64,000 nt of DNA from Myxococcota bacterium. GTDB lineage: Bacteria; Myxococcota_A; UBA796; UBA2385. The stretch spans positions 22,125-86,124 of the forward strand of contig JBIJDH010000017.1 in NCBI GenBank assembly GCA_044344255.1. The letters are read 5' to 3'. The notes beneath the pieces are model-generated. The model was given only the letters and a program-made list of their open reading frames with translations, had not been told where the DNA came from and ran no database searches. The position numbers were made by a program, and so were the translations under genes. Position 1 is the first letter of the stretch. Every line of letters begins with the position of its first letter. Of the stretch, positions 47,260 to 58,200 are shown piece after piece.

Positions 47260-49407
47260 ATGTCTCCGTTCATCTTGCTCGCGCTGCTCCCTGCCCAAGC
47301 TGCAGAGGAGGTCATCTTCAGCAACTCCGCAGGGTGTACGCTGGTGGCCGATGGCACTCGACTGATCGTACGCGGGTGCAATCTTGAGGTACAGAACGGC
47401 TCGGGCTCGACGACCACCAGCAATGGGCTCGGCAACGTCATCGTCGGATACAACACCTCCGACGCCGCTGACCTCCGTACGGGCTCTCACAATGTCGTGG
47501 TGGGCGATCTCAACGACTACCAGAGCACCGCCGGAATCGTCGCTGGCTACGACAATACGCTCAAGGGCACTCACTCCGTGCTCGCAGGCGGCTCGAAGAA
47601 CAAGGTCTACACGAGCTACAGCGCGACCCTCGGCGGCCGCCAGAACACGGTGAGCACCCAGACCTACGCGGTGGCAGTGGGCGGCCGACTGAACACGGTG
47701 AGCGGCCAGTTCGCCACGGTCATGGGCGGCGATACAAACTCCGTGACGGGGAAGTGGGGCACGGCGGTGGGCGGGATGTCCACCGCGATGAGCACCGTCT
47801 CCGGCACGCAGCTCGGCGGCATCACCACCACGGAGCTGGACGACACCGCGTTGGACCTCGCCGTGCTCGACAGCTCGGTGTCGGCGCTGGAGCTCAATGA
47901 CCTCGACCAGGACAGCACCCTCGCCGATCACGAGACCCGCCTTGGCCTCGCCGAGGCCTGGCTCGCCGCGCTCGACGCCACCACATCCACTCTCGGCGAG
48001 TCCTTCTCCGGAGTGACCGCCTCAGTCTCAGCGCTGACCACTGACCTCTCCTCCCTGGCCGGCGTCGTCGGGCAGGTGTCCACCGACCTCTCGGCCCTCA
48101 GCTTGTCTGTCGGTGACGCCCTCCTCGACATCGTCACGCTCCAGTCTTCCGTCGCCGCGCTCGAGAGCGACCTCGCGGCGACAGACCTCTCCGGGATCAA
48201 CGAGCTGCTCGCCTTCGTCCGCGTTGACACCGCCGGAGACGTGGTCTTCGAGGGCACCAACCTTCGTGTCGAGAGCGGGACCGGCAACACCTGGTCGGCT
48301 CCGAATGGGAAGGGGAACCTCATCATCGGCTACGACGAGGACAGCACCCTCGGCGACTGTGCGGGCTACGGCGTCGACAAGACCGGCTCCCACAACCTCG
48401 TGATGGGGGCATGCAACGAGTATGCCGGCTACGCCGGCCTCGTCGGGGGAGCATTCAACCGGATCAGCGATGGATATTCGGCGGTGGTCACCGGCAACTA
48501 CAACGACGCCACCGGAGCTTATAGCGCCGTCCTGACCGGCAACGCCAATGACGCCACAGGGGCCTTTGGCGCGATCGTCTCCGGCTCGGCGAACACCGCA
48601 TCCTCTACCGGAGGCGCCGTCCTCTCGGGCTACGGCAACGACGCGACCTACGGGATCTACAACGCGGTGCTGGGCGGACAGAACAACACAGCCTCGGGCA
48701 ACTACGCCTCGGTCGGGGGCGGGATGGACAACATCGCCTCCGGGACCGCCGCGGCGATCGGCGCGGGCTGGGCCAACACCGCCTCCAACCACACCTCCTC
48801 GGTCACGGGAGGGGCAGGCAACCTCGCGAGCGGGGTGACCTCCGTGGTGGCATCCGGCTCTGGTAACCAGTCAGACTGTGGGCAGTGTGCGGTGCTCGGC
48901 GGCTATGAGAACGACACGACAGGTGGATTCTACGCCACCGCCGCCGTGGTCGTGGGCGGTCGCTCCAACACCGCGGACGGATACTACGCGGTCGCGCTGG
49001 GCGGCTATTTGAACAAGGCAGACTGGACCTACTCTACGGCGGTCGGAGGGACCGAGAACCTCGCGACCGGCCAATACAGCGTCGCGGTGGGCGGCGAGGA
49101 GAACGACGCCAACGGTGACTACACCGTGGCGGTGGGTGGCTTCAACAACACCGCCTGGGGAGCCTACGCATCCACCCTTACAGGTATCTCGAATGACGCG
49201 TCCGGCGCGTACTCCGCGGTCCTCGGGGGGAGCCAGAACGACGCGATCGGCAACTACGCGCTCGTGGGCGCCGGCTTCAGCAATCAAGCCTGGGCAGAGT
49301 ACTCGGCGGTCCTCAATGGAGGTTCCAACATCTCCAACGGATATGCCGCCACGATCCTCGGTGGAAGCGGGGTCAGCACCACCACCTCCTACGCCGTCAC
49401 CCCCTGA
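47260..49407 (+). CDS. secreted fibre/adhesin-like repeat protein (two head modules, coiled coil, 15-residue GGxxN repeats)
   Basis: Signal peptide MSPFILLALLPAQA. Two NG(L/K)GN(V/L)I(V/I)GY...TGSHN(V/L)V modules, a heptad-like central region, and repeats such as GAYSAVLTGNANDAT. GGAG RBS. Confidence 0.8.
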   Translation: MSPFILLALLPAQAAEEVIFSNSAGCTLVADGTRLIVRGCNLEVQNGSGSTTTSNGLGNVIVGYNTSDAADLRTGSHNVVVGDLNDYQSTAGIVAGYDNTLKGTHSVLAGGSKNKVYTSYSATLGGRQNTVSTQTYAVAVGGRLNTVSGQFATVMGGDTNSVTGKWGTAVGGMSTAMSTVSGTQLGGITTTELDDTALDLAVLDSSVSALELNDLDQDSTLADHETRLGLAEAWLAALDATTSTLGESFSGVTASVSALTTDLSSLAGVVGQVSTDLSALSLSVGDALLDIVTLQSSVAALESDLAATDLSGINELLAFVRVDTAGDVVFEGTNLRVESGTGNTWSAPNGKGNLIIGYDEDSTLGDCAGYGVDKTGSHNLVMGACNEYAGYAGLVGGAFNRISDGYSAVVTGNYNDATGAYSAVLTGNANDATGAFGAIVSGSANTASSTGGAVLSGYGNDATYGIYNAVLGGQNNTASGNYASVGGGMDNIASGTAAAIGAGWANTASNHTSSVTGGAGNLASGVTSVVASGSGNQSDCGQCAVLGGYENDTTGGFYATAAVVVGGRSNTADGYYAVALGGYLNKADWTYSTAVGGTENLATGQYSVAVGGEENDANGDYTVAVGGFNNTAWGAYASTLTGISNDASGAYSAVLGGSQNDAIGNYALVGAGFSNQAWAEYSAVLNGGSNISNGYAATILGGSGVSTTTSYAVTP

Positions 49408-49467
49408 TCGCGGAGACGGTGCCGCACGGTGCCGCGGACGCTGATAGCTCGGCACCTGCGGCCGCGC

Positions 49468-52400
49468 TCAGCGGAGCGAGCCGTAGACCCCTACGCGGCC
49501 CCGATTGGGAGAGACGTCCGGGGAGGCCGCCAAGCGTGCCCGGGCGAGCGCGAGGATGCGTTCTGGAGCGAGCTCCGTGACCGTGACGGCAGCGTCGTCT
49601 GACCAGGCGAGGAGGCGCTGGCCGTCGGGGCTCCAGGCGAGGGCGTACACCAAACCGGGGGTCCGTTCGAGGGTCTCCTGCCGCGCCCCGCCGAGGTCAA
49701 AGCGCTCGAGACGGTTGTTCCCCGTCGCCAGCACGAGGGAGCGACCGTCGGGCGTGAAGCGCGCGGCGGTCACAAGCCCCCCGACGATCTCGTACCGAGC
49801 GATCTCCTCTCCGTCGAGTCCCCACAGGCGGGCCACGCCCTCATGCCCGGCGGTGAGCACGTGGGCGCCGTCGGGCGACCGCTGCACATCGACCAGCGCG
49901 CCCTCATGCCCGACGAGCCTCGCGGAGACAGTGCCATCGGGGCGCCACAGCTCCGCCTCGCCCGTCGGCCCGCTGACGAGGAGCAGCCCCCGGTCGGACA
50001 GGGCGAGCGAGGCCGGCCTCACGCTCACGCCGTCCTGCGCCCGAATCAAGCGCCCCCCGAGACCGAGGAGGCGAAGGCTGTGCGCCGCAGTGACGAAGGC
50101 GCCCTCACCGAAGCCACCGATGGCACCGACAGGCTCGCCCGTCGGCGGCGACGCCCAGGCCGGCACACCGCTGGGGGTCCAGGATCGGACTGATCCGTCC
50201 TCGTGACCCGTCCAGAGCTCGCCCGCCCCGCTCCGCCCGATCGCGCCGATCGCGGCGGCCGAGGCCGCGGTCCAGCGGGGTGCCCCCTCGGCGTCATAGG
50301 CGTGGAGCCGACCGTCCCCAGCGCCGACGAAGAGCCCCCCGTCGGCGTCGAAGAAGAGCCGGCGGGCCTCGGGGACCAGGGTCGCGCCGAGGCTCCGACC
50401 CTCCTCCGTCCAGCGCTCGATCCGCCCGTCCGCGGAGGCGGTGACGAAGACCGGCCCCCCCGGCCCAACGGCGGCGTCCCGAAAGGGCCCTCCATTGCTC
50501 ACCAGCGTCGCCACGAGCGCTCCCTGCTCCGTGTCCCAGATTCGAGCGAATCGGTCGCCGGACAGGGTGAGGGCCCGGCGACCGTCGGGGGTGACCAGGA
50601 CACGGTCGACGATACGCTCCGTCGGATAGGAAAATCCGAGCGTGGTCCCGTTCGGGGACCACATCTCTTCGCGTCGCCGATCCACCTCGAGCGAGGGGCG
50701 GACGCCTTCACCGGGGAGGTATCGGCCGAGCGCCACCTCAACCCGACGATCTTTCAACCTCACCAAACTCGCCTCGTCGAGGCGCCACCTCCGGAGCACC
50801 CCGTCCTGCCCGGCCGTGAAGATGCTCTCCCCATCGGATGACCAGACAACCTGGGACACCCACCCCACATGACCGGCCAGCGTCGAGAGGAGGTCGCCGG
50901 AGAGGGTCCACAGGCGCACCCGGGCGTCGTCCGAGGCGGTCACCAACGCGTGCCCGTCCGGAGAGAAGGCCGCGTCCGTGATGCGGCCGAGGTGATCGCC
51001 GAGCGCAGTGGTGGCCACGCCATCCTGCCAGATCCGCGCGGTGCGGTCATAGGCCCCAGTGACGAAGGTCCGACCGCCCGGGGCGAAGCGGAGCAGGGTC
51101 ACGGGCCCAGTGTGCCCCGCGAGCAGGCCCATCGCCCGCCCCTCGGGGCTCCATCGGTGAACGAAACCTTCCATTCGACCGAATGTATACAGGCTCTTCG
51201 AGTCAGAGGAAAACTCAAGATCGACCACGAAGCGGGGAGCGGCCTGAATCCGCCCGATCACCGAACCTCCCCGCCCGAAGACCGTGACCCTGCCTCCGTC
51301 GTCGCTGAGCGCGATGAGCTGCTGATCGGGGCTGACCTCCACCACTCTCCCTCCAGGGCGGTGCACAAGCACCGGACCGCCGACGAGCGAGATCTCCGCC
51401 CAGGCCGACTCTGTCACCGCGAAGACGGAGGCGCCTCCGGGCATCATCGAGAGCCGCAACACGTAGCTTGGAGACGCCCACAGCACCGCCGAAGAACCGT
51501 CCCCGATTGTCCACAGACGCACGGTTCCGTCCGCCCCATTCGACACCAAACGCCGTCCATCTGAGGTGTAAGCGACCTCGAAGACCGCGCCCGCGTGCCC
51601 GCGCAAGACCGCGACCGAGCTGCCCGCCTCTGTCCACACCCGGATGGTCCCGTCCATCCCCCAGGTCGCGAGCTCCCCCCCGCCGGGGCGCATGGCCACT
51701 CCATTGATCAGCCCCTCATGGCCGACCATCGCCCGATCCACCCACGGCACGGCCATGGACTCTCGGAGCGCGGTCAGGCTCGCGGGGGAGCGGTCGGCCT
51801 CCACCGCGGCGAGGGCGAGGGCGAGGGCCTCCCGGTTGTCCCAAGCGAGGGCACCCGAGGACTCGAGGGCGAGGGCCCGGGCGGTGGTCTCCCTCCGCGC
51901 GGACTCGGCCGCGGCGGCGGCCAGCTCGGCCTCCTCGGTGCGGGCCCGATAGGCGATCATGCCGACGGTCGTCAGCGCGGCGAGCAGGAGGGCCCCTGCG
52001 ATGACGCCCAGCCGAACGCGGCGGCGACGGAGCCCGGCTCGCTCGGTCAGGGCCTGCCCCGCGGTGATGAAGGCCACCAGCAGTGGATCGGCGCCGCGCG
52101 CGCGGGAGGTGCTGGCCGCGACATGCAGGGCCTCATCCCGCCACAGCAGCCCGTCGGGTCGCCCTTGGTCATCCCAGTGGCGGGCCGCAGCGGCGATCCG
52201 CTCCCGAATGACCTGTTGGTCCCGATCCTGATCGATCCACGAGACCAGCCGACCCCAGACCCGGACGAGGGCCTCATGGGAGAGCTCGACGTAGGCCCGA
52301 CCCTCGACCCGACGCGCCACCAACAGCCGCCCAGCCACGAGCTGATCGAGGACCCTCCCCGCGGAGTCGGGTGACCCGCTCGCCTCCAGCAGCCGAGCCC

Positions 52401-54210
52401 GGTCAACCTGCCGTCGGGTGCGGTCCGACGTCAACAGGGCACGGAAGAGCTCTCGGGCCAACGCCTCATCTCCAGGCTCGGGCAGCGCGGCGATGACCTC
52501 ATCGGCGTGAGCGGCGAGGATGCCGGGTACGCCGCCCATGGCGTCCAGCGCCGCGCGGGGGAGCAGCCTTCGCCCGGCGTCCCGCCCCTCCCAGAGCTGG
52601 CTGGCGGCGAACTGGAGGAGCGGGAGCGGCGCCGCCTCGCTGGCGACAGACTCCACCATCTCGAGGGCGAGCCCCTCCTCGAAGTGGAAGCCCACTCGCG
52701 CCGCCGGGCCGGTGAGGGCCTCGACCAGCGCCGACTGTTCCGGCGGCGGCAGCACGAAGATCCCCGTCCCGCCTTCGCCTTCGGCGTCGAGCAGCGCCGC
52801 CATGCGAGACAGATAGTCCTCTCGCACCGTGAAGAGCAGGCGGATCGGCCCCTCTCGTGTGTCAGCGGCACCGCGCAGGGCGGTGATGAAGAGCGGCGCC
52901 TCGGCCGTGGCGTCGGCCTGGGTGAAGAGCTCCTCCGCCGCGTCCACCACGATGAGCTGCTGGTATCCGCCCTCCCGAGCGAGGCGACGGAGGCCCCGAC
53001 CCAGGCGCCCCGGCGCCCGACCGAGGTCATCGGCCTCCGCGCCCGCCAGCGCAACCTGGAGGGCCTCGAGCGGTCCGCGCCCCGGCCGGAGGATCACGAC
53101 CTTCCACGGCCCCTCTTGACGCAGCCGCGGGATGAGCCCAGCACCGACGAGGGAGGTCTTGCCGGCGCCCGACGGGCCGACCAGGAGGCAGCAGGGGTGG
53201 TCGAGGACGAGAGAGCGGAGGCGGGAGACCTCCCGGTCTCGGCCGTAAAAATCCAGCCGGTCCGCCTCCCGAAAGGGCTCGAGCCAGCGGTAGGGAGAGC
53301 CCTCGGGGGCCTCGGCGCCTCGCAGCCGGGCCAAGGCCCTCGACAGGAGCTCGAGGGCAGAGGCGGCCGTCGGTCGGCGGTCTCGCTCGATCTGCAAGGC
53401 TCCGTCAATGATCTCAACGAGCGGCGGCGGGAGGTCCGGGCGCCCGATCGTGACGGAGGGCAAGGGTGCCCAGGCGTCCGGGCCAAGCGTCGAGTCGGGA
53501 GCGGCCTCCGGGCGACGGGGCAGCGCCCCGGTGAGCATCCAGTACAGGGTGACGCCGAGCGCATAGACGTCCGTGCGACCGTCCTCCGTGCCACCGCTCC
53601 GCTGCTCGGGGGCCATGAAGCCGGGCGTGCCCGCGGCGCCGCTCCGGACCCCCGCCGCCGTGCGGGCGAGGCCGAAGTCGATGACCTTCACCCGCCCATC
53701 GTTCAGGCACCAGATGTTGGATGGTTTGAGGTCACGGTGGAGCACACCCGCGGCGTGGGCGGCCACGAGCGCCGCGCCGACCTTCAGGCCGACGTCGACC
53801 ACCTCCTCCAGCGAAGGGGGAGCGCGCTCGGCGAGGGTCTGCCCGTTGAGGAGCTCCATCACGAGGTAGGGCCGACCCCGCCAGTCGCCAGCGCGGAAGA
53901 CCGTGACCACGTTCGGGTGGTCGATCTGCGCGGTGGCTTGCGCCTCCTGAGCGAAAGACTCCGCCCAGCCCTCGACATCGGTGATCTCGGGGGCCACCAG
54001 CTTCACCGCGACCATCCGCCCGAGGCGCAGATCGCGGACCCTGTAGACCCTCGCCATCCCGCCGCGGCCGATCGGGCCGACCACCTCGAGGTCTTCGGCG
54101 AGCAGCTCTCCGGCCGCGGGGAGGCCGGCCCCCGGCGAGACCGGCGGGGCGCCCCAACGCGGCGCCCGATCTGCCGGGTTGGGGAGGGTGGGGCTGTCGC
54201 CTGTCGCCAT
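49468..54210 (-). CDS. Ser/Thr kinase - nSTAND ATPase - TM - WD40 repeat protein
   Basis: IGRGGMARVY, VAVK, HRDLKPSN, DFGLA, GTPGFMAPE. PYRWLEPF...FYGRDRE, GPSGAGKTS, VVDAAEELFT, HEALVRVW. TM LGVIAGALLLAALTTVGMIAY. Multiple GH...FSPDG...W repeats. Confidence 0.92.
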   Translation of the reverse strand: MATGDSPTLPNPADRAPRWGAPPVSPGAGLPAAGELLAEDLEVVGPIGRGGMARVYRVRDLRLGRMVAVKLVAPEITDVEGWAESFAQEAQATAQIDHPNVVTVFRAGDWRGRPYLVMELLNGQTLAERAPPSLEEVVDVGLKVGAALVAAHAAGVLHRDLKPSNIWCLNDGRVKVIDFGLARTAAGVRSGAAGTPGFMAPEQRSGGTEDGRTDVYALGVTLYWMLTGALPRRPEAAPDSTLGPDAWAPLPSVTIGRPDLPPPLVEIIDGALQIERDRRPTAASALELLSRALARLRGAEAPEGSPYRWLEPFREADRLDFYGRDREVSRLRSLVLDHPCCLLVGPSGAGKTSLVGAGLIPRLRQEGPWKVVILRPGRGPLEALQVALAGAEADDLGRAPGRLGRGLRRLAREGGYQQLIVVDAAEELFTQADATAEAPLFITALRGAADTREGPIRLLFTVREDYLSRMAALLDAEGEGGTGIFVLPPPEQSALVEALTGPAARVGFHFEEGLALEMVESVASEAAPLPLLQFAASQLWEGRDAGRRLLPRAALDAMGGVPGILAAHADEVIAALPEPGDEALARELFRALLTSDRTRRQVDRARLLEASGSPDSAGRVLDQLVAGRLLVARRVEGRAYVELSHEALVRVWGRLVSWIDQDRDQQVIRERIAAAARHWDDQGRPDGLLWRDEALHVAASTSRARGADPLLVAFITAGQALTERAGLRRRRVRLGVIAGALLLAALTTVGMIAYRARTEEAELAAAAAESARRETTARALALESSGALAWDNREALALALAAVEADRSPASLTALRESMAVPWVDRAMVGHEGLINGVAMRPGGGELATWGMDGTIRVWTEAGSSVAVLRGHAGAVFEVAYTSDGRRLVSNGADGTVRLWTIGDGSSAVLWASPSYVLRLSMMPGGASVFAVTESAWAEISLVGGPVLVHRPGGRVVEVSPDQQLIALSDDGGRVTVFGRGGSVIGRIQAAPRFVVDLEFSSDSKSLYTFGRMEGFVHRWSPEGRAMGLLAGHTGPVTLLRFAPGGRTFVTGAYDRTARIWQDGVATTALGDHLGRITDAAFSPDGHALVTASDDARVRLWTLSGDLLSTLAGHVGWVSQVVWSSDGESIFTAGQDGVLRRWRLDEASLVRLKDRRVEVALGRYLPGEGVRPSLEVDRRREEMWSPNGTTLGFSYPTERIVDRVLVTPDGRRALTLSGDRFARIWDTEQGALVATLVSNGGPFRDAAVGPGGPVFVTASADGRIERWTEEGRSLGATLVPEARRLFFDADGGLFVGAGDGRLHAYDAEGAPRWTAASAAAIGAIGRSGAGELWTGHEDGSVRSWTPSGVPAWASPPTGEPVGAIGGFGEGAFVTAAHSLRLLGLGGRLIRAQDGVSVRPASLALSDRGLLLVSGPTGEAELWRPDGTVSARLVGHEGALVDVQRSPDGAHVLTAGHEGVARLWGLDGEEIARYEIVGGLVTAARFTPDGRSLVLATGNNRLERFDLGGARQETLERTPGLVYALAWSPDGQRLLAWSDDAAVTVTELAPERILALARARLAASPDVSPNRGRVGVYGSLR

Positions 54211-54245
54211 CCCTGCGGTCGTATCCCATCGGCTATGGTGAGGCC

Positions 54246-55181
54246 GTGGGCGCCATTCGACCCCTCCCCGACTCCCTGCCCTTCTCGCTGCCCGGCGGGC
54301 CGCCTTTGTCGGGGCGTGTCCCGCTGCCTCGCCGCCTCCGGATCGGTCGCGCGGCGGACAGCGGCCTCGTCATCTCCCACAGCTCGGTCTCCCGCGATCA
54401 CGCCCTGCTCGGCTGGACCGGCCTCGCCTGGGAGCTCCGAGACCTCGGCAGCCAGAACGGCACCACCGTCGACGGCCAGCAGCTCCCCGGCGGGGGGCGC
54501 GCAGAGCTCGGCCTGGGGAGCCTCGTCCAGCTCGGCGGGGTCGCCGCCTTCGAGCTCGTGGACACCCTCGGCCCCGCGCCCTTCGCTCGGAGCGCCGACG
54601 GCCGTGTCATCGAGGGCAGCCTCGACCTGCTGTGCCTCGGGGCCGAGGAGGCCAGCCAGGGGGAGGAGCCCGAGGCCGAGCGGTCCGTCTGGTTCAGCGC
54701 CAGCGGCGACTGGATCCTCGAAGAGCGCGGGCGCGTGCGCCCCATCGGAGACGGAGAGCGCCTCCACCACCAGGGGGCGCTCTGGACGCTGTCCCTACCC
54801 CCGCCCCAAGCGCTGGACGCGACCGATCGGGCTCCCGGCACCCTCCGGCCGCGCCTGCGCCTCCGGCTGGAGACCGGCACCCTCGACGTCGAGGGGCGGA
54901 TCTTTCAGCGGGAGCAGGGTGGTGAGACCCAGGCCTGTCCGCTCACCCCCACCGAGGCGAGGCTGCTGCTCTACCTCTCCGAGCACCCGGGGCGCACGAT
55001 CTCGCACCGCGAGCTGCTCTCAGCGGTGTGGGGTTACCGAGAGTCCATGGAGAGCCGAACCGTCTATGTCACCGTGAATCGGCTCCGACAGAAGGTCGAG
55101 CAGGACCCTGCTGCCCCTCGCCACTTGCTCGCGGTGGCCGGACAGGGCTATCGATTTGTCCCGCTCCCCCCGTCCAGCTGA
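54246..55181 (+). CDS. FHA domain - OmpR-type winged-helix regulator
   Basis: FHA RIGR...VSRDHA...LRDLGSQNGTTVDG. C-terminal LTPTEARLL...ELLSAVWGY...SRTVYVTVNRLRQKVE...GQGYRF. Confidence 0.88.
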   Translation: MGAIRPLPDSLPFSLPGGPPLSGRVPLPRRLRIGRAADSGLVISHSSVSRDHALLGWTGLAWELRDLGSQNGTTVDGQQLPGGGRAELGLGSLVQLGGVAAFELVDTLGPAPFARSADGRVIEGSLDLLCLGAEEASQGEEPEAERSVWFSASGDWILEERGRVRPIGDGERLHHQGALWTLSLPPPQALDATDRAPGTLRPRLRLRLETGTLDVEGRIFQREQGGETQACPLTPTEARLLLYLSEHPGRTISHRELLSAVWGYRESMESRTVYVTVNRLRQKVEQDPAAPRHLLAVAGQGYRFVPLPPSS

Positions 55182-55209
55182 AACTCTGTCTACCGGTGGC
55201 CCACTCCTT

Positions 55210-58200
55210 TCAGAAGCGCCAGCGCCAATAGAGGGAGGCGTCCGACACGCCGGCGTCCCCGGTCACCATCTCCGCATAGAGCCGGCGGGTGATCAGCCAC
55301 TGGAGGTTCACCGAGAAACGGTTCTCCTCGGTGGTGGAGGTGGTCTCGGCGCTGGCCCGCCACTCGGCGCCGAGGAAGAGGCGATCGGCGCCCGGCACCG
55401 GCCAGCCCGCCTTGAAGGTGCCCTCATCGAACTCGAACTGACCGCCGCGCAGCGAGCTGCCGACCACGCGAGAGAGCTGGTTGCCCGCGAGCGAGAAGAG
55501 GGTGGTGAGCCCCACCTGGCTCTCGTTCTCGGTGAGGTCGGACAGGGGTTTGCCGAGGATGAGGATGGAGAGGATGTCGGCCTGCTCGAGGCCCTGGTCG
55601 CTGGTGAAGGAGAGGATGGGCTCGGCGTCCCCCGAGCTCCCCTGCATGCCGGCGCTCGTCAAATCGCCGAGGTACCCCTTCACCTGGGCTGAGATGTCGC
55701 CGTACTCGCCGGTGTGCCGCACCGCCGAGAAGTCGAAGGTGGCCTCATCCATGTCGTCGCCCACGAAGGACATCGAGCCGCCGCCCACCTCGAAGGCGCG
55801 GTTGAGGATGTTCATGTCGCCGCGACGCACCTCGACAGTGCCGTTGAGGCCGAAGTTGCCGTCCCGCAGCCAGACGTCGAGGGGCTCGGGGCTGTCCAGA
55901 TCAACCTCGGCGGACACGGTTGAGACCTTGGCGAGCTGCCCCCCTTGGAGGGGGACGGTGACGTTGAAGTGCAGGGACTGCTGCAGATCGACCTTGATCT
56001 CGACGTCGATGCCCGTCAGGCTGTCGGTCGGCGCGGGGGCTCGGTCGCCCACCTCCTCGCCGCCCTTCACGCGATGGATGCGGAGGGCGGGATCGACGCC
56101 GAGGGTCTGGTCGGCGAGGAAGAGGTCTTCGCCGAGGATGACCTTGCCCTGGACGAGATCGACGTCGCCCCGCAGGCGGAGCTCAGGGAGGTCGCCCGAG
56201 ATCACGAGCTTGCTGTCGACCTGGATCTTCATGTCGTCGGTGTGCGTGAGCCAGAAGTCGTCGAGCTCGAGGTTGACCTGGAGGCGCTTGGGATCGAGCT
56301 CGTCGAAGGTGAGGTCACCCGAGCCCTCGAGCGAGCCCTTCCCGGCGCCGAGCGCGCCGCCGTACATCGGGCCGTCTTGGATGAACAGGCGATGGAGCAG
56401 CAGGCGCTCCCCGGCGAGGCTGAGGTCGAGGTCGATGTCCTGGTAGCGGGTGCCGAGGGGGGCGTAGGAGAGCGCGCCGTCGCGCAGCTCGAGCTTGAGG
56501 GTGGGCGTGGGCTTCTGGAGCGAGCCCCGGAGGTTCCCCGCCACCTTGAGCCGGCCCTGGGTGTCGCTCACCCCAGGCACGAGGCCCTCGAGCAAGCGGA
56601 GCGGCAAGCCCCCACCGTGGAGCTCGAGGGCGAGGCCGGGGGTGGCCAGCATCGCCTCGGTGCTGAGGTCGGGGCGCAGATCGAAGGGGACGTGGCCGCT
56701 GACGGAGATGTCGCCCTGCTTCTTGAAGCCGAGCCGGAGGTCGAGCTCATAGCCGCCCGGCACGGGGCTGACGCCGAGCACGCCGAGGTCGATCGGCACG
56801 GTGCCCACGCTGCCGTCGAGCAGCATGAAGCCCCCCTCCAGCACCGGCGACTCGGCGCTGCCCTGCACGACCACGCCGCCTGCGAGGTGGCCCGACAGGC
56901 CCGAAGGGAGGTCGAGCCAGCGGGCGAGCTCCTCGACGGCGATGCCCTCGTTGACCGTGCTCATGCGCAGATCGAGGGAGGAGAGCCAGGTGGAGGGGGC
57001 GTCGAGCGGGGGCTCAGGAGCGCCGGCGAGGGCCCAGGCGAAGACCTGCCCGAGCCGGGTCTCGGCCTCCCCGGTGAGGGCGAAGCGGCGATTCCAGCGC
57101 TGCTCCACCGAGGCGTCGAGGTGCAGGTCCCCGCCGCGGCGGTTCACGCGGGCGTCCACCCGCACCCGGTCGCGGCCGTCGTCAAAGGGGAGCCGGGCCG
57201 CGGAGACGAGCTCGACGTCGGGGTCGCAGGCGGGGCCGGTGAGGTGGAGCTCCGCGCTCGCCTCCCCTTCGAGCTCAGGCAGCACGAGGAGGTGACGGTG
57301 CAGCCGCCCGAGCTCGCCGGGCGCGAGGAGCAGGCGCAGGTCGACCGCCTCCCCGCAGGCGAGCCCGGGAGCCTCGAGGTCGAGCGGCAGCCGCCCTTCG
57401 CCGACGAAGAGCAGCCCCTCCTCCGCCGAGACGCGGATCCCGAGCGTGGGCGACTCCACCGGTCCCTCGATCTCCACGGCCACGTCGATGCCCTCGGCCA
57501 CCTCGGGATAGCGGAGGCCGACCAAGGCGCCCGAGGCCTGGAGGGACCAGGCCCCTGCGGCGTCGGCGAGGAGGGTGGCGTCGATGTGGGTGAGGCCGTC
57601 GAGGCCGTCGATGGGCCCGGCCTCCCCCTCCTTCGGCGGCGCGATGAAGAACGGCGCCAGGCCCGCGACGAGGCCGAGGTCGAGCTCGTCCACGACGAGG
57701 TGGAGATCGGTGCCGGGGCGACCCCGGGGGAAGAGGGAGCCCTGCACGGAGAGGGCGCCGAGCGGGCCGGCGAGCCCGATCTCGATGTCCTGCACCCCTC
57801 CGTCGGCGAGGCGGAAGCGCCCCGGGCCGGGCGAGCGCATCGGCTGGGCGGGATCGAGGCCGAGCACGAGCCCGTCCACCTGCCAGGCGCCGCTGCCGAG
57901 GTCTCCGGTCACCGCGCCCTGGAGCACCGGCAGGCCGAGCCGCTGCAGATCGGCCTCGACGGCGATCTGGTCACCGTGCACGGAGGCGATGACCGGCCCG
58001 CCGTCCACCCGATAGCCGGTGGGGGTGTAGGTGATGCCGCGCACCCAGATGGGCTCGCTGTCGACCCTCAGCGCGCCCTGGGGGTCCAGGTTGGCGGCGA
58101 CCACGCCCTCGACCGACTCGACCTCGACCACCCCGCCGCCGAGCCGCAGGCCGTCGGCGCGGAGGCTGAGCTGCCCCTCGCCGGCCCCGGAGCCCTGGGT

